64,000 bases of DNA from NCBI GenBank assembly GCA_035549715.1, contig DASZQJ010000092.1, positions 2,735 to 66,734 of the forward strand. Reading direction: 5' to 3'. This stretch comes from Burkholderiales bacterium (GTDB taxonomy: Bacteria > Pseudomonadota > Gammaproteobacteria > Burkholderiales > JACQAP01). Below are positions 38,401 to 46,585 of the stretch, in pieces. Each line of letters begins with the position of its first letter. The stretch's first letter is position 1. The position numbers and the translations under genes were made by a program. The notes beneath the pieces are model-generated. The model saw only the letters and a list, made by a program, of their open reading frames with translations. It made no database searches and was not told where the DNA came from.

Positions 38401-41301
38401 AGCCATCGCAAGCGCCTGGTCGGCGGTTTCTACGGCTACGAAAGCGGCGCCGAGGTGAAAAAGGTCGATGCCGCGTGTGAGGGCGCCACCGATGAACGCG
38501 GGCGCCTCGCCTGCGCGGTGCAGCCGCCGGTGTCGGGCAACCTGCTGATGTCGGCCGAGGCGCGCGACCGCGACGGCAACCTGGCGCATGCGAACGCCTC
38601 CGCCTGGGTGGCGGGCAAGGACGCCTGGTGGTTCGACCAGGGCAACGACGATCGCATGGACGTCATCCCGGAACGCAGGCGCTACGAGCCCGGCGAGACG
38701 GCGCTGTTCCAGGTGCGCATGCCTTTCCGGGAGGCCACCGCGCTGGTGACGGTGGAGCGAGAGGGCGTGATCGAGTCCTTCGTCCAGCCGCTGTCCGGCA
38801 GCGCCCCGGTCGTCAAGGTGCCGGTCAAGGGCGGGCACGCGCCCAACGTGTTCGTGTCGGTGCTCGCGGTGCGCGGGCGCGTCTCCGGCGTCGCGCCCAC
38901 GGCGCTGGTGGACCTGGGCAAGCCGGCGTTCCGGATGGGCGTGGCGGAAATCAGCGTCGGCTGGAAAGCGCACGAGCTGGGCGTGAAAGTGTCGACGGAC
39001 AAGGCCGTCTACAAGGTGCGCGACCGGGCGAAGGTCAGGGTGCAGGTCAGCCATCGCGCCACGGGCAGGCCCGCCGCGGGCGGCGAGGTCGCCATCGCCG
39101 CCGTCGACGAAGGGCTGCTCGAGTTGCTGCCCAATGATTCCTGGAAGCTGCTCGACGCCATGATGCAGCCGCGTGGCATCGAGGTGGACACCGCCACGGC
39201 GTCGATGCAGGTCGTGGGCAAGCGCCACTACGGCCGCAAGGCGCTCCCCCAGGGCGGAGGCGGGGGGCGTGAGACACGCCGCGAGCTGTTCGACACGCTG
39301 CTGCTGTGGAAGGGGCGCGTGGCGCTGGACGCCAGGGGCCGCGCCACGGTGGACATCCCGCTCAACGACTCGCTCACGACCTTCCGCATCATCGCCGTGG
39401 CGGACGCGGCCCAGGGGAGCTTCGGCACCGGCCAGGCCTCGATCCGCGCGACCCAGGACCTCATGCTGCTCTCCGGCCTGCCGCCGCGGGTGCGCGAAGG
39501 CGACCGCTTCGAGGCCCGCTTCACCGTGCGCAACGCGTCGGACCGCGCCATGCAGGTCGAGGTGAACGGCAAGGTGGAAGGGCAGGCGCTGCCGGCCACG
39601 CGCCTGCAGCTCGCGGCCGGCGAGGCCGCGGACGCGAAATGGGAGGCCAGCGTGTCCGCCGACACGAGCCGGTTGCGCTGGGAGATGGCGGCGGCCGAGG
39701 TCGGCGCATCGGGCGTGCCAGCGGCCGATCGCCTGAAGGTGGAGCAAACGGTCGCGGCCTCGATCCCGGTGCGAACCTACCAGGCCACGCTCGCGCAGCT
39801 CGAGCAGCCTTTCGAGATGTCGGTGGGCCTCCCGGCCGATGCGGTGCCCGGACGGGGCGGCGTTCGCGTAAACCTGCTGCCGCGGCTGGGCGACGGGCTC
39901 GCGGGCGTGCGGGAATACATGGGCGCCTATCCGTACACGTGCCTGGAGCAGCGCGTGTCGCGCGCGGTCGCGCTGCGCGATGCGGCGGCGTGGGAACGCC
40001 TCATGAACGAGCTGCCGTCCCATCTCGACCGGGAGGGGTTCGCGCGCTATTTCCCGTCGATCCGCGAGGGCAGCGACACGCTCACAGCCTACGTGCTGGC
40101 CGTGGCGAACGAGGCGGGATGGACCATTCCCGAGGCGCCGCGCGCGCGCATGCAGGAGGCGCTGCGCAAGTTCGTCGCCGGCCGCGCCGGCCGCGACTCG
40201 CCGCTGCCGGCCGCGGACCTCACCCTGCGCAAGGTCGCGGCGCTGGACGCGCTCACGCGCTACGGCCCCATCGAGCCCGGGATGCTGGATTCCCTGGAGA
40301 TCGCGCCGGACCTGTGGCCGACCTCCGCGGTGCTCGACTGGCAGGGCGTGGTTCGCCGCAGCGATGCCGTCAAGGATCGCGCGCAGCGGCTGGCCGAGGC
40401 CGCGCAGATCGTGCGTTCACGCCTGAACTTCCAGGGCACGACGATGGGATTCTCGACCGGGGACGGCGACTACCTGTGGTGGCTCATGGTGTCCGGCGAC
40501 GTCAACGCCAACCGCGTGCTGCTCGCCGCCCTGGACGACCCGGCCTGGCGCGAGGACGTCCCGCGCCTGGTGCGCGGCACGCTCGGGCGCCAGCAGCGCG
40601 GGCGCTGGAACACCACGGTCGCCAATGCCTGGGGCGTGCTCGCGCTCGAGAAGTTTTCCGCGGCCTTCGAAGCCGGGCCGGTGGCGGGGCAGGCGAGGGC
40701 GGGCCTGGACCACCAGCGCCAGGCGCTCGACTGGGGGGGAAAGCCGGAGGGCGGCGTTCTCGACTTCCCCTGGCCGGCGGCGGCCGCGCCGCTTTCCGTG
40801 GTCCAGGAAGGCGCCGGCAAGCCCTGGGTCATGGTGCAAAGCCGGGCCGCGATCCCGCTCAAGGCCCCGCTTTCCAGCGGTTACCGCATCCAGCGCACCG
40901 TGACGCCCGTCGAGGCGAAGGTGCCGGACGAACTCGTGCGCGGCGACACCGTGCGGGTGCGCCTGGAGATCGAGGCGCAGTCCGACATGGCCTGGGTGGT
41001 GGTGGATGACCCGGTGCCGGCGGGTGCGGCGATCCTCGGCACCGGGCTCGGGCGCGATTCGCAGATTCTCGCCTCCGGCGAGGCGGCACCGGGTCTGCTC
41101 CGGCCCGCCTTCGAGGAGCGGACCCTCGACGCGTTCCGCGCCTACTACCGCTTCGTGCCCAGGGGCCGCTGGAGCGTCGAGTACACGATGCGCCTCAACA
41201 ACCCGGGCCGGTTCGAGCTGCCGCCGACGCGGGTCGAGGCGATGTACGCGCCGGAGATGTTCGGCGAACTGCCCAACTCGGCCGTGATGGTGAATCCGTG
41301 A
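35461..41301 (+). CDS. yfhM: Bacterial alpha-2-macroglobulin family protein (1946 aa) with a thioester motif
   Basis: RBS GGGAGGA precedes ATG 35461. Signal peptide present. CLEQ thioester motif at 39940-39951 (YPYTCLEQRVSR). It lies immediately upstream of pbpC, as in the YfhM-PbpC pair. Confidence 0.9.
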   Translation: MRSVARARLGLVVGLLLAASAGAAQVERFSPQGEARGVRQVAVRFTEPMVAFGDPRLPQPFDIECAEAGTGRWADPRNWVYDFDRDLPAGVRCRFTLKPGLTTAAGAAMEGAPAYEFSTGGPAVLQSLPYEGAEIDEGQVFLLGLEAPADEASVAEHAWCDVKGVAERIGVRVLSGEARQAILEARRDFVQRLGRVLGADSRSAAGSRAGLAVVALECARRLPNDAPVRLVWGRGIASTSGVETAQDQVLAFQVRGTFQARFSCERANRDAQCLPMLPMQLSFSAPVPRAQAEKIVLRPARGGPIAAKLPPPAQAGEFVDRVSFEGPFAERAQYSLELPAGLADDAGRKLVNQKRFPLAVHTDEFPPLAKFPARFGIIELKGDGMLPVTLRNLEAMVQARIAATGRQDDPRGPLADRADEAIHWLKRKLDESKHDEAPGVPAAYSRVADGDVMAMLGWMKRMREMERDRWRYDEATQQSVPEYRSGQSSIFVEGDRVRRLDVPKPQGARAFEVVGIPLRKPGFYVVELASPRLGAALFNQRAPYYAQASALVTNLAVHLKWGREASLVWVTALDTGLPVAKAHVAIQDCAGKVYFRGQTDAQGRARVPVALPNRDKLPGCLDAYDRQLVASARAGEDLSFVMSEWNEGIARWRYNLRDAQWSGPFIATTVFDRPLLRAGETVGMKHYYRRHGMKGFSFVPADALPKKIVIQHQGSEEKYELPVAWDSRNSAESRWKIPEGAKKGAYTVLMTDTLEARPGARGNTRVSGSFRVGEFRVPLMKAEVAGPKVAQVNPGSVALDLGLRYLSGGGAGNAPVRLRSVVRPKAVDFPAYDGFAFANGAVKAGVEAQGEAGPFSGEYAFDDEEGEPATPVAPGVRPLKTVTTRLDAAGVARVRVTDLPALDSPQELNAEMEYADPNGELLTASTRVSLWPARVILGIKPDAWAMSPGQLKFQVLALDLAGKPVRGQAVKVQLYVRETYSHRKRLVGGFYGYESGAEVKKVDAACEGATDERGRLACAVQPPVSGNLLMSAEARDRDGNLAHANASAWVAGKDAWWFDQGNDDRMDVIPERRRYEPGETALFQVRMPFREATALVTVEREGVIESFVQPLSGSAPVVKVPVKGGHAPNVFVSVLAVRGRVSGVAPTALVDLGKPAFRMGVAEISVGWKAHELGVKVSTDKAVYKVRDRAKVRVQVSHRATGRPAAGGEVAIAAVDEGLLELLPNDSWKLLDAMMQPRGIEVDTATASMQVVGKRHYGRKALPQGGGGGRETRRELFDTLLLWKGRVALDARGRATVDIPLNDSLTTFRIIAVADAAQGSFGTGQASIRATQDLMLLSGLPPRVREGDRFEARFTVRNASDRAMQVEVNGKVEGQALPATRLQLAAGEAADAKWEASVSADTSRLRWEMAAAEVGASGVPAADRLKVEQTVAASIPVRTYQATLAQLEQPFEMSVGLPADAVPGRGGVRVNLLPRLGDGLAGVREYMGAYPYTCLEQRVSRAVALRDAAAWERLMNELPSHLDREGFARYFPSIREGSDTLTAYVLAVANEAGWTIPEAPRARMQEALRKFVAGRAGRDSPLPAADLTLRKVAALDALTRYGPIEPGMLDSLEIAPDLWPTSAVLDWQGVVRRSDAVKDRAQRLAEAAQIVRSRLNFQGTTMGFSTGDGDYLWWLMVSGDVNANRVLLAALDDPAWREDVPRLVRGTLGRQQRGRWNTTVANAWGVLALEKFSAAFEAGPVAGQARAGLDHQRQALDWGGKPEGGVLDFPWPAAAAPLSVVQEGAGKPWVMVQSRAAIPLKAPLSSGYRIQRTVTPVEAKVPDELVRGDTVRVRLEIEAQSDMAWVVVDDPVPAGAAILGTGLGRDSQILASGEAAPGLLRPAFEERTLDAFRAYYRFVPRGRWSVEYTMRLNNPGRFELPPTRVEAMYAPEMFGELPNSAVMVNP

Positions 41302-41443
41302 AGGGCCGTGAATACCGTGAATATCGTGAATAACGTGAATATCGAGGAAGCAGGTTTGACGCGACGCCTTCGCCCGCATCGGGCAGTCGTCATTGCGACA
41401 TTCACGGCATTCACGTTATTCACGATATTCACGGTATTCACGG
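41283..41443. repeat. Inverted repeat made of 9-bp tandem units (CGTGAATAN x4-7 versus NTATTCACG x5), with perfect 35-bp arms at 41306-41340 and 41409-41443 and a 68-bp spacer
   Basis: The left arm CCGTGAATACCGTGAATATCGTGAATAACGTGAAT is the exact reverse complement of ATTCACGTTATTCACGATATTCACGGTATTCACGG. Degenerate extra units overlap the last yfhM codons. The right arm encodes the (X-F-T)x5 segment of the PbpC membrane anchor. Confidence 0.95.
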
Positions 41444-43584
41444 CAACCGCAGGCAACGCGATCGCCGACGTTCCGACATTCGCCGATGTGAAGTCGAACT
41501 GGAAGAGCACCGAAGGCATGCTGCTCGACCGCAACGGCGTCCCCATCCACGAGCTGCGCGTCGGCAACCAGGGCCGGCGCCTGCCCTGGGTGCGGCTGGA
41601 GGACATCTCGCCGGCGGCGCTCGCGACCATCGTGCGCGCCGAGGACAAGCGCTTCTACCGGCACGAGGGCGTGGACTGGCTCGCGGTCACCGATGCCGCC
41701 CTGGACACGCTGCTGTTCTCCCGGCCGCGCGGGGCCTCCACGATTTCCATGCAGGTCGCGGCCCAGCTCGATCCGCACCTGAAGGCCGGCCGCCACCAGC
41801 GCACGCTGGCGCAGAAGTGGGACCAGATCCGCGCGGCGCAGGCGCTCGAGGCGCGCTGGACCAAGCGCCAGATCCTCGAGGCCTACCTGAACCTGTCGAG
41901 CTACCGCGGCGAGGTGCAGGGCATCGGCGCCGCCGCCCGCGCCCTGTTCGGCAAGCAGGCGAGCGGCCTCGATGCGCGCGAATCGCTGCTGCTCGCGGTG
42001 CTGTTGCGCGGACCCAATGCCAGCCCGGAGAAAGTGCGGGCGCGCGCCTGCGCGCTCGGCCGCGGGATGGACGCAGGGGCCGATTGCGCCGGCATCGAGC
42101 GCCTGGCGCGCCAGGTCCTCGCGGCCGAGCCTGCGCTCGCGCCCGCGGTGGCCCTGGCGCCGCACCTGGCGCGCGAGCGGCTCTCGCCGGAGCGCCCCCG
42201 CGTGCAGACCACGCTCGACGGGACCCTGCAAGCCCATGCGGCCGGCCTGCTGCGCCAGCAGCTCGCGGCGCTCGCCGACCGCCATGTGGCCGACGGCGCG
42301 ATCCTCGTGGCCGACAACCGCAGCGGGGAGGTGCTGGCGTACGTGGGCAACGGCGGGGAAGGGGCGAGCGCCTGGTACGTCGACGGCGTGCAGGCGCCGC
42401 GCCAGGCCGGCTCGACGCTCAAGCCCTTCCTGTACGAGATGGCGATCGGGCAGCGGCTGCTCACCGCGGCCTCGCTCGCGGACGATTCGCCCGTGAACCT
42501 GCTCACGCCCTCGGGCTTCTACGTGCCGCAGAATTACGACCGCGAGTTCCGCGGCCTCACCAGCGTGCGTACCGCGCTCTCGTCCTCGCTCAACGTGCCG
42601 GCCGTGCGCACGCTGATGCTGGTCGGGGCCGAGCCCTTCGTCGAACGCCTGCGCGAGCTGGGCTTCACGCACGTCACCGGCGACGGCGACTTCTACGGCT
42701 ACTCCCTGGCGCTGGGCTCGGCCGAGGTGAGCCTGTGGGAGCTCGCCAACGCCTACCGCACGCTGGCCAACGGCGGCCGGCAGTCGCCGCTGCGGGTGGA
42801 GCCGGGGACGTCGGCGGCGCATCCGGTGCTGGATCCGGAGGCGGCCTACGTGATCGCCGACATCCTCTCGGACCCGGTCGCGCGCAGCGTCTCCTTCGGC
42901 CTGGAGAATCCGCTGTCCTCGCGCCACTGGGCCGCCGTGAAGACCGGCACCAGCAAGGACATGCGCGACAACTGGTGCGTGGGCTTCACCGGGCGCTACA
43001 CCGTGGCCGTGTGGGTGGGCAACTTCGACGGCAGCCCGATGCACGATGTCTCCGGCGTGACCGGCGCCGCCCCCGTCTGGCTGGAACTCGTGAACTACCT
43101 GCACCGCCACGTGCCGTCGACCCGTCCGCCCGCGCCGCCGGGGCTGGTGAGCGCGCAAGTGTCCTTCGAGGCCGCCATCGAGCCGCCACGCGCCGAGTGG
43201 TTCCTCGCCGGGACCGAGACGGACCGCGTCGCGCGCAAGGCGCCGGAGGCGGCCGCGGCCGCGATCGCCTATCCCGCCAGCGGCACGATCCTCGCGCTCG
43301 ATCCCGACATCCCGCCGGCGGCGCAGCGCGTGCGCCTGCTCGCCTCGGGCGCCGGCGCCGGGCATCGCTTCCGCCTCGATGGCGAGGACGCCGGCGCCGC
43401 GGCGGGTGGCGCCTTCTGGGCGCCCCAGCCCGGGGTGCACGTGCTCGAACTGGTCGATGCCGCGGGAGCGGTGGTGGAGGCCGTGCGCTTCGAGGTCCGG
43501 GGCGCCGCGCTGCACTCGCGCCTGCCCCAGGCCGCCCGCGCCACCCGTTTCGCCGCGGTCCTGCGGGCGATTGCCGCCGCCTGA
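41308..43584 (+). CDS. pbpC: Penicillin-binding protein 1C (transglycosylase/transpeptidase)
   Basis: Transglycosylase motifs (RAEDKRFYRHEGVDW, RKxxE-like KWDQIRAAQALE), a transpeptidase SxxK (GSTLKP) and KTGTS. The track start GTG 41308 lies inside the repeat. A more plausible start is TTG 41356, 5 nt after GAGGAAG, which gives the signal-anchor LTRRLRPHRAVVIATFTAFTLFTIFTVFTATAG. Confidence 0.9.
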   Translation: MNTVNIVNNVNIEEAGLTRRLRPHRAVVIATFTAFTLFTIFTVFTATAGNAIADVPTFADVKSNWKSTEGMLLDRNGVPIHELRVGNQGRRLPWVRLEDISPAALATIVRAEDKRFYRHEGVDWLAVTDAALDTLLFSRPRGASTISMQVAAQLDPHLKAGRHQRTLAQKWDQIRAAQALEARWTKRQILEAYLNLSSYRGEVQGIGAAARALFGKQASGLDARESLLLAVLLRGPNASPEKVRARACALGRGMDAGADCAGIERLARQVLAAEPALAPAVALAPHLARERLSPERPRVQTTLDGTLQAHAAGLLRQQLAALADRHVADGAILVADNRSGEVLAYVGNGGEGASAWYVDGVQAPRQAGSTLKPFLYEMAIGQRLLTAASLADDSPVNLLTPSGFYVPQNYDREFRGLTSVRTALSSSLNVPAVRTLMLVGAEPFVERLRELGFTHVTGDGDFYGYSLALGSAEVSLWELANAYRTLANGGRQSPLRVEPGTSAAHPVLDPEAAYVIADILSDPVARSVSFGLENPLSSRHWAAVKTGTSKDMRDNWCVGFTGRYTVAVWVGNFDGSPMHDVSGVTGAAPVWLELVNYLHRHVPSTRPPAPPGLVSAQVSFEAAIEPPRAEWFLAGTETDRVARKAPEAAAAAIAYPASGTILALDPDIPPAAQRVRLLASGAGAGHRFRLDGEDAGAAAGGAFWAPQPGVHVLELVDAAGAVVEAVRFEVRGAALHSRLPQAARATRFAAVLRAIAAA

Positions 43585-43596
43585 GCCCTCCCGGGG

Positions 43597-43610
43597 TTGA
43601 CCTTTGTCAA
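43597..43610 (+). promoter_or_regulatory. FNR/Anr-type box TTGAC-CTTT-GTCAA
   Basis: Palindromic match to TTGAY-N4-RTCAA, 54 nt upstream of the DUF2892 ATG (43664), at the head of the DUF2892-ccoI-ccoS unit. Confidence 0.65.
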
Positions 43611-43663
43611 TCCCGGCCGCAGAGCCCGGCCCTAGCATGGGGGCCTTGCAAACGGAGGAAACC

Positions 43664-43870
43664 ATGGAAACCAACGTGGGCACTACCGATCGTGTCGTCC
43701 GGATCGTGGCGGGGCTGGTCCTGCTCGGCGCGGTCTTCCTGCTCGATTCACCGCAACGCTGGCTGGGCCTGATCGGCATCGTGCCGCTCGCCACGGGCCT
43801 GGTGCGCTGGTGCCCGGCCTATGCGCTGTTCGGCATCGACACCTGCGGCCGCCCGGGCAAGGCCGGCTGA
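43664..43870 (+). CDS. DUF2892 (YgaP C-terminal-like) small membrane protein
   Basis: RBS GGAGGA precedes ATG 43664. METNVGTTDRVVRIVAGLVLLGA...GIVPLATGLVRWCPAYALFGIDTC is the typical DUF2892 pattern. Confidence 0.8.
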   Translation: METNVGTTDRVVRIVAGLVLLGAVFLLDSPQRWLGLIGIVPLATGLVRWCPAYALFGIDTCGRPGKAG

Positions 43871-43887
43871 GGGTCCGGCTGCAATCC

Positions 43888-46350
43888 ATGCAAGGCGCCG
43901 GCCTCCTGTCCGCCCTGGCCGCGCCTGCGCCTTCCGGTGCCGCGCTGCGCTGCTTCCATTGCGGCGAGGCGTTGCCGGCCGGCGCCCGTTACGAGGCGGT
44001 GGTGCGGGGCGCCGCCCGGCCGATGTGCTGCGCGGGCTGCGCCGCCGTGGCCGAGGCCATCGTGCAGGCCGGCTGCGAGTCCTACTACGAGCGCCGCAGC
44101 GAGTTCGCGCAACCCGGGCGGGACGCACCCGCCGATCCCCTGGCGCGGCTGCGGGTCTACGACCGCGAGGAGATCCAGCGCGCGTTCGTGAGCGCCCCGG
44201 CGCCGCACGAGCGCGAAGCGGCGCTCATCCTCGAAGGCATCCGCTGCCCCGCGTGCGTCTGGCTCAACGAGACCCGCCTCGCCAGGCTCGACGGCGTGGT
44301 CGCCGTCGACATCAACTATGGCTCGCGCCGCGCCCGCGTGCGCTGGGACGAGCGCCGCACCCGGCTGTCCGACCTCCTGGCGGCCGTGGAGGCGATCGGT
44401 TACCGGGCGTATCCCTATGACCCCGCGGCCATGGAGCAGAGCCGCCGGCGCGAGCGCCGCGATGCGCTGCTGCGCCTGGCCGTCGCCGCCCTGGGCATGA
44501 TGCAGGTCATGATGTACGCCTTTCCGGCCTACGTGGCGGGGGCTGCCGAGTTGCAGCCCGCCGACGCCAGGCTCCTGCAGTGGGCGAGCCTGCTGTTGAC
44601 GTTGCCGGTCGTGACGTTCTCGGCCTGGCCGTTTTTCCGCGGCGCCTGGAGCGATCTGCGCGCCCGGCGCCTGGGCATGGACGTGCCCGTGGCGCTGGGC
44701 ATCGGCACGGCGTTCCTGGCGAGTGTGGCGGCGACCTGGCGCGGACGCGGCGACGTGTATTTCGATTCGGTCACCATGTTCGTGTGCCTGCTGCTCGGGG
44801 CCCGCTACCTGGAGTTGCGCGCGCGCCAGCGCGCCGCCGAGCACCTCGAGTTCCTGGCGCGAGCCCTGCCCGCGACGGCGGAGCGGTGCAGCGGCACGGA
44901 TGAGCAAACCGAGGCGGTGCCGGCGGCGAGCCTGCAGGCCGGCGACGAGGTGCTGGTGCGCCCGGGTGCGGTATTTCCGGCCGACGGCCGCATCGTGCGC
45001 GGGAGCACCGAAGTCGACGAATCGCTGCTCACCGGCGAAAGCCTGCCGTGCCGCCGCACCGAGGGCGAGGCGGTCGTCGGCGGCGCCGTCAACCGCGGCA
45101 ATCCCGTGCGGGTGTGCATCGAGCGCGTGGGCGGGCAGACGCTGCTCTCGGGCATCGCCCGCCTGATGCAGCGCGCGGCCGCCGATCGCCCGCGGCTGCA
45201 GCAGCTGGCCGACCGCACCGCCGCCGGCTTCATCGCCTTCATCCTGCTGGCGGCCGCGGTTGCGTGCGCCTGGTGGCTCGTCGTCGACCCCTCGCGCATG
45301 CTCGCGGTGGTGGTATCGGTCCTGGTGGTCACCTGTCCCTGCGCGCTGTCCCTCGCCGTGCCGATGGTGGCTGCCGTGGCGCAGGCGGCGCTGGCGCGGC
45401 GGGGCATCATCGCCACCAACGGGCAGGCCGTGGACGCCCTGGCGCGCGCGACCCACTTCGTGTTCGACAAGACCGGCACGCTGACGGAGGGCCGGTTGCG
45501 CGTGACGGCCGTGGAACCGCTGCGCGACCTCGACCGGGCGCGGGTGCTGGCATTTGCGGGCGCGCTGGAGATCGCCTCGGAGCACCCGATCGGCCACGCG
45601 CTGGCGGCCGCCGCCGGGCCCGGGCCGGTGCGGGCGTCGGCGCTGCGCAACCACCCGGGACTCGGGGTGGAGGGCGTGGTCGAGGGCCGCCGGCTGCGCC
45701 TGGGCCGGCGCGACTTCGCGGCGGAACTCTCGCGCACGGCCTTCATCACGGCGGCCGGCGACCCGGACACCGCGGCCTGGCTCGGCGACGAGTCGGGATT
45801 GCTCGCACGCATCGAGCTGCAGGACGCGGTGCGGCCGGACGCGGCGGCCCTGGTGGCGGAGCTGCGCCGGCGGGGCCGGGCCGTCCTGCTGCTGTCGGGC
45901 GACGGCGAGGCGGCCGTGCGGGCGGTCGCGGCGCAGACCGGCATCGCCTGCTGGCGCGCGCGCATGCGCCCGGAACAGAAGCAGGCGGCGGTGCGCGACC
46001 TGCAGGCGCAGGGCGCCGTCGTGGCGATGGTGGGCGACGGCGTCAACGATGCGCCGGTGCTGGCGCAGGCGCAGGTCTCCATCGCCATGGGCAGCGGGGC
46101 GGCGCTGGCGCAGGGCGCCGCGGATTTCGTGCTGCTGTCCTCGCGGCTCCCGGACATCGCCCGCGGCTTGCGGCTGGCGCGCAAGGCGCGCCGCGTCGTG
46201 CGCGAGAACCTCGCCTGGGCCTTTGCCTACAACGTCGTGGCGCTGCCGCTGGCGATGGGCGGGTGGCTCACGCCATGGATGGCGGGCGCCGGCATGTCGG
46301 CGAGCTCGCTGCTGGTCGTGCTCAACGCCCTGCGCCCGGCGCGCGATTGA
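43888..46350 (+). CDS. ccoI: Cu-translocating P1B-type ATPase for cbb3 oxidase maturation (CcoI/FixI)
   Basis: Cys-rich N-terminus (CFHCGEALP...CCAGCAAVAEAI), CPC (VTCPCALSL), DKTGTLT and GDGVNDAP, and the gene is followed directly by ccoS. The start ATG 43888 is chosen over the track's 43810, which overlaps the DUF2892 gene. Confidence 0.9.
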   Translation: MQGAGLLSALAAPAPSGAALRCFHCGEALPAGARYEAVVRGAARPMCCAGCAAVAEAIVQAGCESYYERRSEFAQPGRDAPADPLARLRVYDREEIQRAFVSAPAPHEREAALILEGIRCPACVWLNETRLARLDGVVAVDINYGSRRARVRWDERRTRLSDLLAAVEAIGYRAYPYDPAAMEQSRRRERRDALLRLAVAALGMMQVMMYAFPAYVAGAAELQPADARLLQWASLLLTLPVVTFSAWPFFRGAWSDLRARRLGMDVPVALGIGTAFLASVAATWRGRGDVYFDSVTMFVCLLLGARYLELRARQRAAEHLEFLARALPATAERCSGTDEQTEAVPAASLQAGDEVLVRPGAVFPADGRIVRGSTEVDESLLTGESLPCRRTEGEAVVGGAVNRGNPVRVCIERVGGQTLLSGIARLMQRAAADRPRLQQLADRTAAGFIAFILLAAAVACAWWLVVDPSRMLAVVVSVLVVTCPCALSLAVPMVAAVAQAALARRGIIATNGQAVDALARATHFVFDKTGTLTEGRLRVTAVEPLRDLDRARVLAFAGALEIASEHPIGHALAAAAGPGPVRASALRNHPGLGVEGVVEGRRLRLGRRDFAAELSRTAFITAAGDPDTAAWLGDESGLLARIELQDAVRPDAAALVAELRRRGRAVLLLSGDGEAAVRAVAAQTGIACWRARMRPEQKQAAVRDLQAQGAVVAMVGDGVNDAPVLAQAQVSIAMGSGAALAQGAADFVLLSSRLPDIARGLRLARKARRVVRENLAWAFAYNVVALPLAMGGWLTPWMAGAGMSASSLLVVLNALRPARD

Positions 46351-46355
46351 GGCCC

Positions 46356-46520
46356 ATGGAGATCCTCTACCTGCTCGTGCCCCTGTCCGTCGCGCTCGCG
46401 TGGCTCATCGGCGCTGCCTTCTGGTGGAGCGTGAAAAGCGGCCAGTTCGACGACCTCGAGGGACCATCGCACCGCATCCTCGACGACGACGAAACCGAGG
46501 CGGACCGCCCCCCGCCTTGA
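46356..46520 (+). CDS. ccoS: cbb3 oxidase maturation protein CcoS/FixS (54 aa)
   Basis: MEILYLLVPLSVALAWLIGAAFWWSVKSGQFDDLEGPSHRILDDD is the canonical CcoS sequence pattern. In the track it is hidden in the tail of a long spurious ORF. Confidence 0.9.
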   Translation: MEILYLLVPLSVALAWLIGAAFWWSVKSGQFDDLEGPSHRILDDDETEADRPPP

Positions 46521-46530
46521 GGCAGGTCAA
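46517..46530 (+). promoter_or_regulatory. FNR-like box TTGAG-GCAG-GTCAA (one mismatch)
   Basis: The left half-site contains the ccoS stop codon (46518-20). It lies 56 nt upstream of the tandem-USP ATG. Confidence 0.45.
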
Positions 46531-46585
46531 GCAAGCGGCCGCGGCGTGGGCGAGAATGTCCATGACCCTACGGAGGACGGCGGAC

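Noticed and set aside
35467-40023. 1518-aa minus-strand ORF, and several 100-570-aa ORFs in other frames, across the alpha-2-macroglobulin gene
   Set aside because: The same GC-composition artefact. The plus-strand frame carries the signal peptide, the CLEQ thioester motif and pbpC linkage, and the antisense product is low-complexity and Arg/His-rich.
41308-41355. GTG 41308 as the pbpC start (N-terminus MNTVNIVNNVNIEEAG)
   Set aside because: These codons are simply the left arm of the 9-bp repeat read in frame, with no RBS. TTG 41356 follows GAGGAAG and gives a normal positively charged N-region plus a hydrophobic anchor. I kept the track coordinates in the feature but flagged the start.
43810-43887. 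The track start of ccoI at 43810
   Set aside because: It would overlap the DUF2892 gene by 61 nt and add an Arg-rich extension. ATG 43888 begins directly before the conserved Cys-rich FixI N-terminus.
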